Position numbers and translations under genes: made by a program | Shown here: positions 1 through 8,990 of the stretch, one piece after another | Layout: every line of letters begins with the position of its first letter | How positions within the stretch are numbered: position 1 is the first letter of the stretch | From: Ruegeria sp. | GTDB taxonomy: Bacteria > Pseudomonadota > Alphaproteobacteria > Rhodobacterales > Rhodobacteraceae | Direction of reading: 5' to 3' | DNA length: 64,000 bases | NCBI RefSeq assembly: GCF_028066395.1 | Contig: NZ_JALCBM010000003.1 | Coordinates: 9,703 to 73,702, forward strand | Notes under the pieces: generated by a model | What the model was told of the DNA's origin: nothing | Database searches by the model: none | The model's input: only the letters and a program-made list of their open reading frames with translations

Positions 1-843
1 GTTTTCCAGCGGATGTTCCTTGAAAACCAGCCGATGATGGGCTGGCGCCCCGGCCGCAAACCCGGCCACCATCTGTTCGGCAAACGCGGTCATGGTGGCA
101 TATTCGGAATGCGCCTGGACCGAGCTGTCATGCCCCAGCTGCAACAAAACCAGATGATAGGGAAACCCATCCCGGCGCACCCGCCCCGTGGCCCAGCGCC
201 GTTGCAAGCGATGCAATGGCATCCGTGCCAGACGTTTGAAATACAGCTTGAATTCCTGCGAGACAGGTAATTCCCGATGGCGGCGAAAATTGCGATAGCG
301 GGCGTTTCTGAACAGCACAAACCAGTGATAAAACGCGCCATAAAAGATGTGCTGACGCATGTCACCCCAATGAGAGGCAACCGCTGGCGTCGGCGCGTCG
401 GACCGGGCCAGTGCCTGATCCATCTGATCAACGCTCAGCCCCATCAGGCGAGAGTTCCCGTTTGACCCGTTGCGTTCATAAGTGACCCACCAGGGGCGCA
501 GGTATCCTTCCTCGAACACATGGACGGTGACGCCGCGCTGCCGGGCGATTGCCACGGCCTGAGCATGAATGGGCCGGGTGTCGCCATACAGCACGATATC
601 CGTAACGCGCTTTTCATCCATCAGGGCGGTCAGGGTCTCAGGCCAGTCCTCGGGGCGGTCGCGAAACGGGATATAGCTGGCCCGGTCCCGCCAGAAGAAC
701 TGATCGCCCGCGTTGAACCCAACCCGCCAGACCTGCGCGCCCGAGGCCCGCAACATACGCCCCAGAGCGTTGAAAAACGGTCCATGCGGCCCCTGCAGAA
801 ACAGGAACACGCGGTGGTCTGGTTCGGTTGTGGTCGGACGCAT
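1..843 (-). CDS. kpsS: Capsule polysaccharide export/biosynthesis protein (KpsS-like), 3' end outside window
   Basis: Not in the ORF track because no stop lies in the window. Reverse strand from ATG 843 reads MRPTTTEPDHRVFLFLQGPHGPFFNALGRMLRASGAQVWRVGFNAGD, the KpsS-type FLFLQGP..PFF start. Confidence 0.8.
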   Translation of the reverse strand, partial: MRPTTTEPDHRVFLFLQGPHGPFFNALGRMLRASGAQVWRVGFNAGDQFFWRDRASYIPFRDRPEDWPETLTALMDEKRVTDIVLYGDTRPIHAQAVAIARQRGVTVHVFEEGYLRPWWVTYERNGSNGNSRLMGLSVDQMDQALARSDAPTPAVASHWGDMRQHIFYGAFYHWFVLFRNARYRNFRRHRELPVSQEFKLYFKRLARMPLHRLQRRWATGRVRRDGFPYHLVLLQLGHDSSVQAHSEYATMTAFAEQMVAGFAAGAPAHHRLVFKEHPLEN

Positions 844-973
844 GAGGGCTGCTCGGTTCCTTTTTCGTCAAAACTATGCCTGTTTGCCGCATTCCGGGCA
901 AGGCAGGGCTTGCCCGATCCGGCGCTTGGGCTTACCTCGGCTCTGCAAGCCTAGATACAAGAGGGTTAATTCT

Positions 974-1561
974 ATGTTTACTGGGATCGTCACCGATGTC
1001 GGCACCGTGACCGAGCTGGACCAGCAGGGCGACCTGCGCGCGCGGATCGCCACCGGGTATGACACGAACGGCATCGATATCGGCGCATCCATTGCCAGCG
1101 ACGGGGTCTGCCTGACCGTGATCGCGCTGGGCGATGACTGGTATGACGTGCAGATCAGCGCCGAGACGGTCTCGAAAACCAACCTCGATACCTGGGCAGT
1201 GGGCAAACGGGTCAATCTGGAACGCGCGCTCAAGGTCGGGGACGAGCTGGGCGGTCACATCGTCTCGGGCCATGTGGATGGCGTGGCCGAGGTGGTTGCC
1301 ATCAAGGACGAAGGCGACAGCACCCGCGTGACCCTGCGCGCGCCGCAGGATCTGGCGCGGTTCATCGCCCCCAAGGGCTCGGTGGCACTGAACGGCACTT
1401 CGTTGACGGTCAATGATGTCGAGGGGCGCGATTTCGGCATCAATTTCATCCCGCACACCAAAGAGGTCACGACCTGGGGCGATGTCACGGTCGGGGACCG
1501 GGTGAATCTGGAAATCGATACGCTGGCCCGCTACGTGGCGCGCCTGGCCGAGGCGTCCTGA
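974..1561 (+). CDS. ribE: Riboflavin synthase (alpha chain)
   Basis: Canonical MFTGIV N-terminus at ATG 974 after GAGGG; GxCLTV and VNLERAL..GDELGGHIVSGHVDG repeats. The track start at 713 is over-extended. Confidence 0.97.
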   Translation: MFTGIVTDVGTVTELDQQGDLRARIATGYDTNGIDIGASIASDGVCLTVIALGDDWYDVQISAETVSKTNLDTWAVGKRVNLERALKVGDELGGHIVSGHVDGVAEVVAIKDEGDSTRVTLRAPQDLARFIAPKGSVALNGTSLTVNDVEGRDFGINFIPHTKEVTTWGDVTVGDRVNLEIDTLARYVARLAEAS

Positions 1562-1565
1562 ACCC

Positions 1566-2621
1566 TCAGGTGGCCGGGCCAAACCGCGCGGTCAGCTTTT
1601 TGGCCAGCCACCAGAACCCCAAGGACAACCCGACCGAGGCATAGCCATCGACGGCATAATGCCAGGCCAGATGCACCGACCCCAGCATGATCACGGCGGT
1701 AAAGGCGGTCAGCGCCCAACCCAGCCAGCGCGAATAGCTGAACCCATACAGGGTCACCACAACGGTGGAGGCCACATGCATGCTGGGCATGGCCGAGATA
1801 CCCCGGATGGCGCCATTGTTCAGGTAGCCGTCCAACAGCCCCTGCTGCACGTTCAGTGCCCAGACCGGGCTGATCTCGTGCGAGCTGCGCAGCAGTTCCA
1901 TCTGCGGCAGATACGTATCGCCAAGCCCGAAGGGCTCGTAATAAACCGGGCCGACCGAGGCGAAAATCGTTGCCACGATGTTGCCGCCGACAAACCAGCA
2001 CAAAACGAAGGCGACAAGGAAGACCATGTTCCGGCTTGGGTTCCTGCGATCCAGACAGGCGACGCAAACGGCCAGATAGATCAGCGGAAACCAGGCGTGA
2101 TAGGCAAAATTGATTGCTGTCGTCACAAGGGGATGACCCAAGACGGGCCACAGCAGTTGCCAGACGTCATAACCGCCATGAAGCATCCTATCCCACTGTG
2201 CGAACTGGGTATCCCAAAGGGATGGGTTCAGGGAATGGATGACATCTTTCAGGAAGGTGTAGGTGACGATCAGACCGACCATGCTGAGATAGGTCATGAC
2301 CACATCCGGAACCCGAACACCGTCTGTCAGGATCGAACGCAGGTCTGCCAGCATCCAGTGGATCGGTTTTTTGGGTTTGACGACGAAGATCGCATATCCC
2401 AGCCGAAACAGCAGGAAATTCGCGACCATGAAATAGAACAGCTTGAAGGCAACCGCCAAAATGATCGGCGCGGTTGAGCCCCAAAATGACAATTGAAGGT
2501 AAAACCCGACCGCGATTGCGCAGAGAATTTGCAGCCCCACCAGCGCAATCAGCAACCTGTTGCGCCTTAGGGTTCCCAAGGTGTACGAGCCGGAAGCCGG
2601 AACATAAGCAGACTTGAACAC
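1566..2621 (-). CDS. PAP2-superfamily integral membrane phosphotransferase (Aur1/IPC-synthase-like)
   Basis: Multiple TM segments; SVGP, ISAMPSMHVA and HLAWHYAVDG catalytic motifs. The start codon (GTG) is uncertain. Confidence 0.8.
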   Translation of the reverse strand: MFKSAYVPASGSYTLGTLRRNRLLIALVGLQILCAIAVGFYLQLSFWGSTAPIILAVAFKLFYFMVANFLLFRLGYAIFVVKPKKPIHWMLADLRSILTDGVRVPDVVMTYLSMVGLIVTYTFLKDVIHSLNPSLWDTQFAQWDRMLHGGYDVWQLLWPVLGHPLVTTAINFAYHAWFPLIYLAVCVACLDRRNPSRNMVFLVAFVLCWFVGGNIVATIFASVGPVYYEPFGLGDTYLPQMELLRSSHEISPVWALNVQQGLLDGYLNNGAIRGISAMPSMHVASTVVVTLYGFSYSRWLGWALTAFTAVIMLGSVHLAWHYAVDGYASVGLSLGFWWLAKKLTARFGPAT

Positions 2622-2959
2622 TCTTGTTTATCCCTATTGGCTGTTGGAATCCTGCAGAAACAATTGGTTCTGATGTCAGGCGATCCGAGGGCTGGAATGA
2701 GGCAATTTGTGGGCAATGCGGATGAAATGGGGTGAAAGTACATAATCCGTCAACAATATAAGAGGCACAGATCGACCTGTTCGGCGTTGCGGAAGTCACC
2801 TTTGTCATGCCTCTGGCCGGGGACATGAGCAATCGATTCTGAGGGCTCGGGGGACCGTTCTGTTTGGACTGCGATTGCCTTGGCATTGTTTGAACACTGG
2901 TCAATGCGCCCGGACTAAGCTATCCCGCCCGTCAAACATGCCATGCGAAAGGCTGCCCC

Positions 2960-4081
2960 ATGAGCTTTGAAACCCCCGGACCGGTCGAGGCCCAGCTGCG
3001 CGACGCGATCAGCCCGATCGAAGACATCATCGAAGAGGCGCGCAAGGGCCGGATGTATATTCTGGTCGATCACGAGGATCGCGAGAACGAAGGCGATCTG
3101 GTGATCGCCGCCGAATTCGCCGATGCCGATGCGATCAATTTCATGGCCACCCATGGGCGCGGGCTGATCTGCCTGCCGATGACTGCTGAGCGGATTGATA
3201 ATCTGGGTCTGCCTATGATGGCGGTGAACAACTCATCGCGGCATGAGACGGCGTTTACCGTGTCCATCGAGGCGCGTGAGGGCGTATCGACGGGCATTTC
3301 CGCCGCCGACCGCGCGCTGACCGTGGCAACCGCGATCAACGAACAGAACACGATGGCGCAGATCGCCACGCCCGGCCATGTCTTCCCCCTGCGCGCCAAG
3401 CGGGGCGGGGTGCTGGTGCGCGCGGGCCATACTGAGGCGGCTGTGGATATCTCGCGTCTGGCGGGGCTGAACCCCTCGGGCGTGATCTGTGAGATCATGA
3501 AGCCCGACGGCACCATGGCGCGTCTGCCCGATCTGGTGGAGTTCGCCAAAGCCCATGACATGAAGATCGGCACGATCAGCGATCTGATCAGCTACCGGTC
3601 GCGCAACGACAACCTCGTGGTCGAAACCTCGCGCCAGACGGTGACGTCGGAATATGGCGGCGACTGGGAGATGCGGATTTTCACCGATCAGACCCATGGC
3701 ATCGAACATGTGGTCATGATCAAGGGCGACATCACCACGCCCGAGCCGGTCCTGACCCGCACTCACGCCCTGCACGAAGCGCCCGATATTCTGGGCCTCG
3801 GCCCGAAATCCTCGCGCGAATTGCCCCGCGCGATGGAAAAGATCGCCGAGGAAGGGCGCGGCGTGGTCTGCCTGTTCCGCCAGCCGCGTAATTCGCTCTA
3901 TGCGGCGGATGACGAAGGTCCCCGGACGATCAAGCAAACCGGTCTGGGCGCGCAGATCCTGTCCAAGATGGGCGTGCAGGAACTGGTGCTGCTGACCGAT
4001 TCACCGGAAACCGTATATCTGGGGCTCGACGCGTTTGGCCTGTCCATCGTCGGCACCCGCTCGATCCTGAAGGAAGACTGA
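2960..4081 (+). CDS. ribB: 3,4-dihydroxy-2-butanone-4-phosphate synthase with degenerate C-terminal GTP cyclohydrolase II-like domain
   Basis: DHEDRENEGDL, PGHVFPL, RAGHTEAAVD and GVICEI motifs; the C-terminal domain lacks the GCH-II Cys zinc ligands. Confidence 0.95.
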   Translation: MSFETPGPVEAQLRDAISPIEDIIEEARKGRMYILVDHEDRENEGDLVIAAEFADADAINFMATHGRGLICLPMTAERIDNLGLPMMAVNNSSRHETAFTVSIEAREGVSTGISAADRALTVATAINEQNTMAQIATPGHVFPLRAKRGGVLVRAGHTEAAVDISRLAGLNPSGVICEIMKPDGTMARLPDLVEFAKAHDMKIGTISDLISYRSRNDNLVVETSRQTVTSEYGGDWEMRIFTDQTHGIEHVVMIKGDITTPEPVLTRTHALHEAPDILGLGPKSSRELPRAMEKIAEEGRGVVCLFRQPRNSLYAADDEGPRTIKQTGLGAQILSKMGVQELVLLTDSPETVYLGLDAFGLSIVGTRSILKED

Positions 4082-4083
4082 TC

Positions 4084-4635
4084 ATGGCTGCTCAAGACGA
4101 ACATGGCGTTCTGCCGACCCCCAAATTCGACAAGCCGGTCAAGCTGCTGATCGTGGCGGCCCCGTTCTACCGCGCCATTGCCGATAACCTGATCGCCGGT
4201 GCCAAGGCCGAGATCAAGGCCGCTGGCGGCACCTGCGAGGTTGTCGAAGTGCCCGGCGCGCTGGAGATTCCCACCGCCATCGCCATGGCCGACCGTCAGT
4301 GCAATTTCGACGGCTATGTGGCGCTGGGTTGCGTCATTCGCGGCGAGACCACGCATTACGAGACCGTGTGCAACGATTCCAGCCGCGCGATCCAGTTGAT
4401 GGGCCTGCAGGGGCTGTGCATTGGCAATGGCATCCTGACGGTTGAAAACGATGATCAGGCCGAAGTCCGCGCCAATCCTGAAAAGATGAATAAAGGCGGC
4501 GGCGCTGCTGCTGCGGCCTTGCATCTGATCGCGCTCAGCCGTAAGTGGGGCTCTTCGCAGAAGGGCGTTGGTTTCAAGCCGCCGTCCGAGTCCATCCTTG
4601 TGGCGGGCGACAGCAACGGACCCTCGACAGCATGA
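4084..4635 (+). CDS. ribH: 6,7-dimethyl-8-ribityllumazine synthase
   Basis: VPGALEIP and LGCVIRGETTHYETV motifs; lies between ribB and nusB. Confidence 0.97.
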   Translation: MAAQDEHGVLPTPKFDKPVKLLIVAAPFYRAIADNLIAGAKAEIKAAGGTCEVVEVPGALEIPTAIAMADRQCNFDGYVALGCVIRGETTHYETVCNDSSRAIQLMGLQGLCIGNGILTVENDDQAEVRANPEKMNKGGGAAAAALHLIALSRKWGSSQKGVGFKPPSESILVAGDSNGPSTA

Positions 4636-5114
4636 CCAAGACAGACGCGCCGAAACCGGCCAACCAGAAACGCCTGATGAAATCCGCCGCACGCCTCTAT
4701 GCCGTGCAGGCGCTGTTCCAGATGGAGCAGTCGGGCCAGACGACCGAGCAGGTTGTGACCGAGTTTCTGGATCATCGGTTTGGCGCCGTCTATGAGGGCG
4801 AGGAAATGCTGGACGGCGATATCAGCGTCTTCCGCAAGCTGGTCGATAATGCGGTGAACTATCAGGCCCCCATCGACCAGATGACTGATCGGGCGCTGGT
4901 GGCCAAATGGCCCATCGCCCGCATCGACCCGACCCTGCGCGCCGTATTCCGCGCCGCCGGGGCCGAACTGACCCAAAGCGACACGCCGCCCAAGGTCGTC
5001 ATTACCGAATTCGTCGACGTCGCGCGCGCCTTCTTCCCCGAAGGCAAAGAGCCGAAATTCGTCAACGCCGTCCTCGACCACATGGCGCGCGAAGCCCAGC
5101 CCGAGGCATTCTGA
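4632..5114 (+). CDS. nusB: Transcription antitermination factor NusB
   Basis: ATGA overlap with ribH; ARLYAVQALFQ and FVNAVLD motifs. Confidence 0.96.
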   Translation: MTKTDAPKPANQKRLMKSAARLYAVQALFQMEQSGQTTEQVVTEFLDHRFGAVYEGEEMLDGDISVFRKLVDNAVNYQAPIDQMTDRALVAKWPIARIDPTLRAVFRAAGAELTQSDTPPKVVITEFVDVARAFFPEGKEPKFVNAVLDHMAREAQPEAF

Positions 5115-5173
5115 CACCTTTACCCGGACCTGACATGCGCTAGCCTGAATGTCATAGCGCAATGAGGTTCGCC

Positions 5174-5479
5174 ATGCCCAAACTGATCCGCCTTTACATC
5201 ACCCAAGTGGCCATGGGGTTTGTCATCTCGGCCGTGTTCGTTGGGGTGTTGCTGGGGGTGAATGTTGGCAATCTGCGGCACCTGATTCTGGGCTCTGAGA
5301 TTGGCTTGATCGCGCTGTTCATGATCTGGTTCATGAACGGCATCGTCTTTGCCGGTGTCCAGTTCGCCTATAAGATCATGAGCATGGCCGAAAAGCCCGG
5401 CGGCCCGCGCCGTGGCTTGCCCGTGGTGCACAGCTTTGAACCGGCTCTGGTCAAGCAGGACGCCCGCGCCGAACGCTGA
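5174..5479 (+). CDS. Small hypothetical membrane protein (2 TM)
   Basis: MPKLIRLYITQV.. followed by two hydrophobic segments; alternative start at 5162. Confidence 0.75.
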   Translation: MPKLIRLYITQVAMGFVISAVFVGVLLGVNVGNLRHLILGSEIGLIALFMIWFMNGIVFAGVQFAYKIMSMAEKPGGPRRGLPVVHSFEPALVKQDARAER

Positions 5480-5493
5480 TTGTCGTGGAAAAT

Positions 5494-5654
5494 GTGGCGG
5501 GACCACCAGTCAACCGTGCGGTTTGATTCCCGAGGACCTGTATGTACAGGTGGGCGCCAGGTAATCAGGCCAGGACCTGAACAGAGCCAGCCCCCTCGGA
5601 ATTGCTTAAGGCCACCAGAATGCTACCAGTCACAAGAAGGGCAGAACCCGCCAC
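5494..5654 (-). ncRNA. ssrS: 6S RNA (SsrS)
   Basis: About 160-nt rod: terminal stem GTGGCGGG/CCCGCCAC, central bubble, inner stem TTCCGAGG/CCTCGGGAA, and the TGGCGCCCACCT..AGG segment typical of alphaproteobacterial 6S RNA. Ends are approximate. Confidence 0.8.
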
Positions 5655-5704
5655 GGGCCTAAGTAGGGCGTGAAACGGGTTCGTACAAGGGGTTTCGTTA
5701 TGGG

Positions 5705-6130
5705 TCAGGCCTCAACAGTTTCGTGTAAAGCCGCGCGCATCTTGCCGAAATGTTCGTCCCAGCCATTGTCCAGCGCAAGGATCAGGCCAAAGGCGTCGGC
5801 CCCCTGCGGCAGACCTTCGTGCAGCAGGCCAAGGCGGGTGCCACCCGCGACCGGCTCCAGCGTCCATTTGACCACGCTGACGGCTTCTCCCATCGGTTTC
5901 ACGGTGAAGGTGTATTCCAGATATTCCGGCCGCCGCGCCGCGCGCACCTCGCCCCAGATCAGAAGATCACCGCTGGTGGTGCCGAACATCTCCAGCTTTT
6001 GGCCCGCGGCCAAGGGGCGTTCGGGCTTGTGAAACCATTCGCCCAGACGGTCGGGTTCGGTCAGGTAATCCCAGACGGTTTCCGGGTCCGCGCGCAGGAA
6101 GATGGTCTTTTGCAATACGGCGTCAGTCAT
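5705..6130 (-). CDS. SRPBCC/AHSA1-like (START-fold) protein
   Basis: ADPETVWDYLTEPDRLGEWF, GGTRL and GWDEHF motifs; overlaps the upstream ArsR gene. Confidence 0.88.
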   Translation of the reverse strand: MTDAVLQKTIFLRADPETVWDYLTEPDRLGEWFHKPERPLAAGQKLEMFGTTSGDLLIWGEVRAARRPEYLEYTFTVKPMGEAVSVVKWTLEPVAGGTRLGLLHEGLPQGADAFGLILALDNGWDEHFGKMRAALHETVEA

Positions 6131-6446
6131 GTCTTTTCCTTTCAATAGCGTCTTTCAGATGGGCAAGGCGGTCATCCCAGAACCGGTCGAAATAGCTGAG
6201 CCAGTCCAGAACAGGGGTCATCCCCGCAGGTTCCAGTCGGTTGATGCGTTCCCGTCCCCGGGCCTCGACCGAGATCAGCCCGCCATCGGACAGCACCGTC
6301 AGGTGTTTCTTGACCGCAGCGCGGGTCATGTCGAACCGGTCGGTCAGCTGCGCGATGGTCATGTCCTGACCCGCCAGAATGCGAACGATGTCGCGGCGGG
6401 TCGGGTCGGCAAGGGCGCGAAACGCGTTTTGGGTTTGATGGTCCAT
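6123..6446 (-). CDS. ArsR/SmtB-family transcriptional regulator
   Basis: FRALADPTRRDIV, AVKKHLTVL..GL and RGRER motifs; classic ArsR-SRPBCC pair. Confidence 0.92.
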   Translation of the reverse strand: MDHQTQNAFRALADPTRRDIVRILAGQDMTIAQLTDRFDMTRAAVKKHLTVLSDGGLISVEARGRERINRLEPAGMTPVLDWLSYFDRFWDDRLAHLKDAIERKRHD

Positions 6447-6462
6447 GAGTTTTCTCACTTGC

Positions 6463-6504
6463 GATACCTTTCGGTATCATGTTATTAAGATACCATTTGG
6501 TATC
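6463..6504. promoter_or_regulatory. Tandem palindromic operators GATACC-N4-GGTATC (x2), probable ArsR autoregulatory sites
   Basis: GATACC-TTTC-GGTATC at 6463-6478 and GATACC-ATTT-GGTATC at 6489-6504, directly upstream of the ArsR gene. Confidence 0.75.
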
Positions 6505-6525
6505 ATGTCAAGGCGCTTGATTTTT

Positions 6526-6540
6526 GTTCATGAATTGTTC
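6526..6540 (+). promoter_or_regulatory. LexA (SOS) box GTTC-N7-GTTC
   Basis: GTTC-ATGAATT-GTTC matches the alphaproteobacterial consensus exactly and lies 11 nt before mmcB, a known SOS gene. Confidence 0.88.
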
Positions 6541-6551
6541 ACATTTTCCGG

Positions 6552-6983
6552 ATGACATTGGATTTGCAACCCGGACAGAGACTGGCGCGCGGGGTGTCCC
6601 GGCACCTTGCATCCCATGGCTATGTTTCTATTGAAGAATTCGTGCCCGCGCGCGGATTGCGCGTGGATGTGATGGGCCTTGGCCCAAAGGGTGAGATCTG
6701 GGTGATCGAATGCAAATCCAGCCGCGCCGATTATCAGTCGGATGCGAAATGGCAGGGCTATCTGGAATGGTGTGACCGGTTCTTCTGGGCGGTCGATACA
6801 GAGTTTCCCACCGACCTGCTGCCGCCCGAAACCGGGTTGATCATCGCCGACGCTTATGATGCCGAGATTTTGCGGATGGGTCCTGAAACCAAACTGGCCC
6901 CGGCGCGGCGCAAGAAGATGATCCAGAAATTCGCCGTGGATGCCGCCCGCCGGTTGCAGGCGCTGCGGGACCCGAGGGTCTGA
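6552..6983 (+). CDS. mmcB: MmcB-family DNA repair protein (PD-(D/E)XK fold)
   Basis: RVDV..IECKSSRADYQSDAKWQGYLEWCDRFFWAV motif; preceded by an SOS box. Confidence 0.9.
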   Translation: MTLDLQPGQRLARGVSRHLASHGYVSIEEFVPARGLRVDVMGLGPKGEIWVIECKSSRADYQSDAKWQGYLEWCDRFFWAVDTEFPTDLLPPETGLIIADAYDAEILRMGPETKLAPARRKKMIQKFAVDAARRLQALRDPRV

Positions 6984-6985
6984 CC

Positions 6986-7174
6986 TTAGCCTTTGACTGC
7001 TCGTGCGGCTTGGGCGGCGGCGCGAATCTCTTCGGCGATTTCCTCGGCCTCTTCGGGGTCGAAATCCATCGGGATTTCAATGCCGGAGCCTTCGATGAAC
7101 AGGCGCACCATGCCCTGATCGGTAGGGCCGATCTGCAGGTTTGCTTCGATATCGCGTTCGGTGTTGATGCCCAT
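6986..7174 (-). CDS. Small conserved acidic protein (DUF6324-like)
   Basis: MGINTERDIEANLQIGPTDQGMVRLFIE..DFDPEEAEEIAEE, with a GGAGG RBS upstream. The track start at 7402 is over-extended. Confidence 0.8.
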   Translation of the reverse strand: MGINTERDIEANLQIGPTDQGMVRLFIEGSGIEIPMDFDPEEAEEIAEEIRAAAQAARAVKG

Positions 7175-7252
7175 TTGCGCCTCCGGGGACTGAGCGTTTG
7201 TGCTAGCGCGCAGCGGGTTGAGAATCAAGCGGCCTTCGCGCTCAAATAGGGT

Positions 7253-7735
7253 ATGGATGAGATAGTGATCAGACCGTTTCGTGCCGAAGACGCCCCGTGG
7301 CTGGTGGACCAACACGGGATGCTTTACGACCGCGACGAAGGGTTCGACGACAGTTTCGGTCCGTTGGTGGCGCGGATTCTGGATGAGTTTGTCGCGGACC
7401 ACGACCCGACCCGGGAACGGGGCTGGATCGCCGAACGCGCAGGGGCTCGGCTGGGCAGTATCTTTTGCGTCACGCAGGACGACCAGACCGCCAAACTGCG
7501 CCTGTTTCTATTGATGCCCGAGGCGCGCGGGCAGGGGCTGGGCAAACGCCTGCTGACCACCTGCATGGGGTTCGCGCGCGACAGCGGATATCGCGAAATG
7601 GCGCTGTGGACCCATGAAAGCCATACGGCGGCTTGCGCGCTGTATCGGGCGTTTGGCTGGCAGTTGACGGACAGCAAGCCGGTGCATTCTTTCGGCATCG
7701 ATCTGGTCGAACAAAGCTGGAGAATTCAGCTTTAA
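7253..7735 (+). CDS. GNAT-family N-acetyltransferase
   Basis: AKLRLFLL.PEARGQGLGKRLL acetyl-CoA motif and LWTHESH.AA..LY. Confidence 0.9.
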   Translation: MDEIVIRPFRAEDAPWLVDQHGMLYDRDEGFDDSFGPLVARILDEFVADHDPTRERGWIAERAGARLGSIFCVTQDDQTAKLRLFLLMPEARGQGLGKRLLTTCMGFARDSGYREMALWTHESHTAACALYRAFGWQLTDSKPVHSFGIDLVEQSWRIQL

Positions 7736-7782
7736 TCCCCTTGCAATCCCCGCACGCCTTCGCTACATCGCCCCTCACGAGT

Positions 7783-7859
7783 GCCGCCTTAGCTCAGTTG
7801 GTTAGAGCGCTGGATTGTGGATCCAGAGGTCCCCTGTTCAAGCCAGGGAGGCGGTACCA
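7783..7859 (+). tRNA. tRNA-His(GTG)
   Basis: Cloverleaf with acceptor GCCGCCT/AGGCGGT, anticodon arm CTGGA-TTGTGGA-TCCAG, T arm CCCTG-TTCAAGC-CAGGG and encoded CCA; TTGCAA -35-like hexamer at 7741. Confidence 0.97.
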
Positions 7860-7945
7860 TCTTCCCGGTCTGACATCTGATTTTCCAAGGCCCGGAGGGT
7901 GATCCGGTGATGGCAACAAACTGCATCCTGAAGGCGCACTAAGAC

Positions 7946-8965
7946 ATGCCGGAAGATAAATTCACAAGCATCCACAACAGCGCCCGCCTGTCGGTGGCCC
8001 CGATGATGGACTGGACCGATCGGCACTGCCGCTATTTCCATCGGCTGCTCAGCTCTGAGACGTTGCTTTATACCGAAATGGTCACCGCGCCTGCGCTGGT
8101 GCGCGGTGGGGCGCTGCATTTGCTGGATCATGATCCGGCTGAACATCCGGTGGCCTTGCAATTGGGCGGGTCCGACCCGCAGGAACTGGCGCAAGCAGCA
8201 AAGCTGGGCGCGGATGCGGGGTATGATGAGATCAACCTGAATTGCGGTTGCCCCTCGGACCGGGTGCAATCCGGGACATTCGGCGCGGTGCTGATGAAAG
8301 ACCCTGCGCGCGTGGCCAACTGCGTGGCCGCGATGCGCGAGGCGGTGGATGTCGAGGTGACCGTCAAATGCCGCATCGGCGTGGACGCGCAAGAGCCCGA
8401 GGAGGTGTTGCCCGCCTTCCTTGACCATATCCGTGCCGCCGGGTGCCAGCGCGTCACCATCCATGCGCGCAAGGCGTGGTTGCAGGGGCTCAGCCCCAAG
8501 GAAAACCGGGATATTCCGCCGCTGGATTATGATCTGGTGCATCGGATGAAGACGGCGTTTCCCGATCTTCATATCTCGATCAACGGCGGTGTCACCTCGT
8601 TGGATCAGGCCCGCGCGCATCTGGAGGCCGGGCTCGACGGTGTGATGATCGGACGTGCGGCCTATCACCAGCCTGCGGATATTCTGGCCGCCGCCGATCC
8701 GCAGATTTTTGGCACCGGGCAGGCGGTTGATCCCGTGGAAATCGTTCATAAAATGCTGCCCTATATCGAAAATCACCTTGCCGAGGGTGGGCGTTTGCAC
8801 CAGATCACCCGGCATATGCTGGGCCTGTTCGCGGGTCGCCCCGGCGCGCGCGGCTGGCGCAGAACGCTGTCCGAGGGCGCGGTGCGCGATCACGCAGGCC
8901 CCGAGGTGCTGTTGCAGGCGCTGGCCTGTATCGAGCCACTGGCACAGGTGGATCGCGCGGTTTGA
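7946..8965 (+). CDS. dusA: tRNA-dihydrouridine(20/20a) synthase
   Basis: SVAPMMDWTDRHCRYFHR, NLNCGCPSDRVQSG and HARKAWLQGLSPKENR motifs. Confidence 0.96.
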   Translation: MPEDKFTSIHNSARLSVAPMMDWTDRHCRYFHRLLSSETLLYTEMVTAPALVRGGALHLLDHDPAEHPVALQLGGSDPQELAQAAKLGADAGYDEINLNCGCPSDRVQSGTFGAVLMKDPARVANCVAAMREAVDVEVTVKCRIGVDAQEPEEVLPAFLDHIRAAGCQRVTIHARKAWLQGLSPKENRDIPPLDYDLVHRMKTAFPDLHISINGGVTSLDQARAHLEAGLDGVMIGRAAYHQPADILAAADPQIFGTGQAVDPVEIVHKMLPYIENHLAEGGRLHQITRHMLGLFAGRPGARGWRRTLSEGAVRDHAGPEVLLQALACIEPLAQVDRAV

Positions 8966-8990
8966 TACGGCCTTTGGCCAATTTGGGGGA

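Noticed and set aside
844-2959. FMN riboswitch upstream of rib genes
   Set aside because: The conserved RFN blocks are not recognisable before ribE or ribB.
7783-8100. tRNA-His and dusA as island integration sites
   Set aside because: No integrase and no duplicated tRNA 3' end or dusA 5' fragment is visible; the sites look unoccupied.
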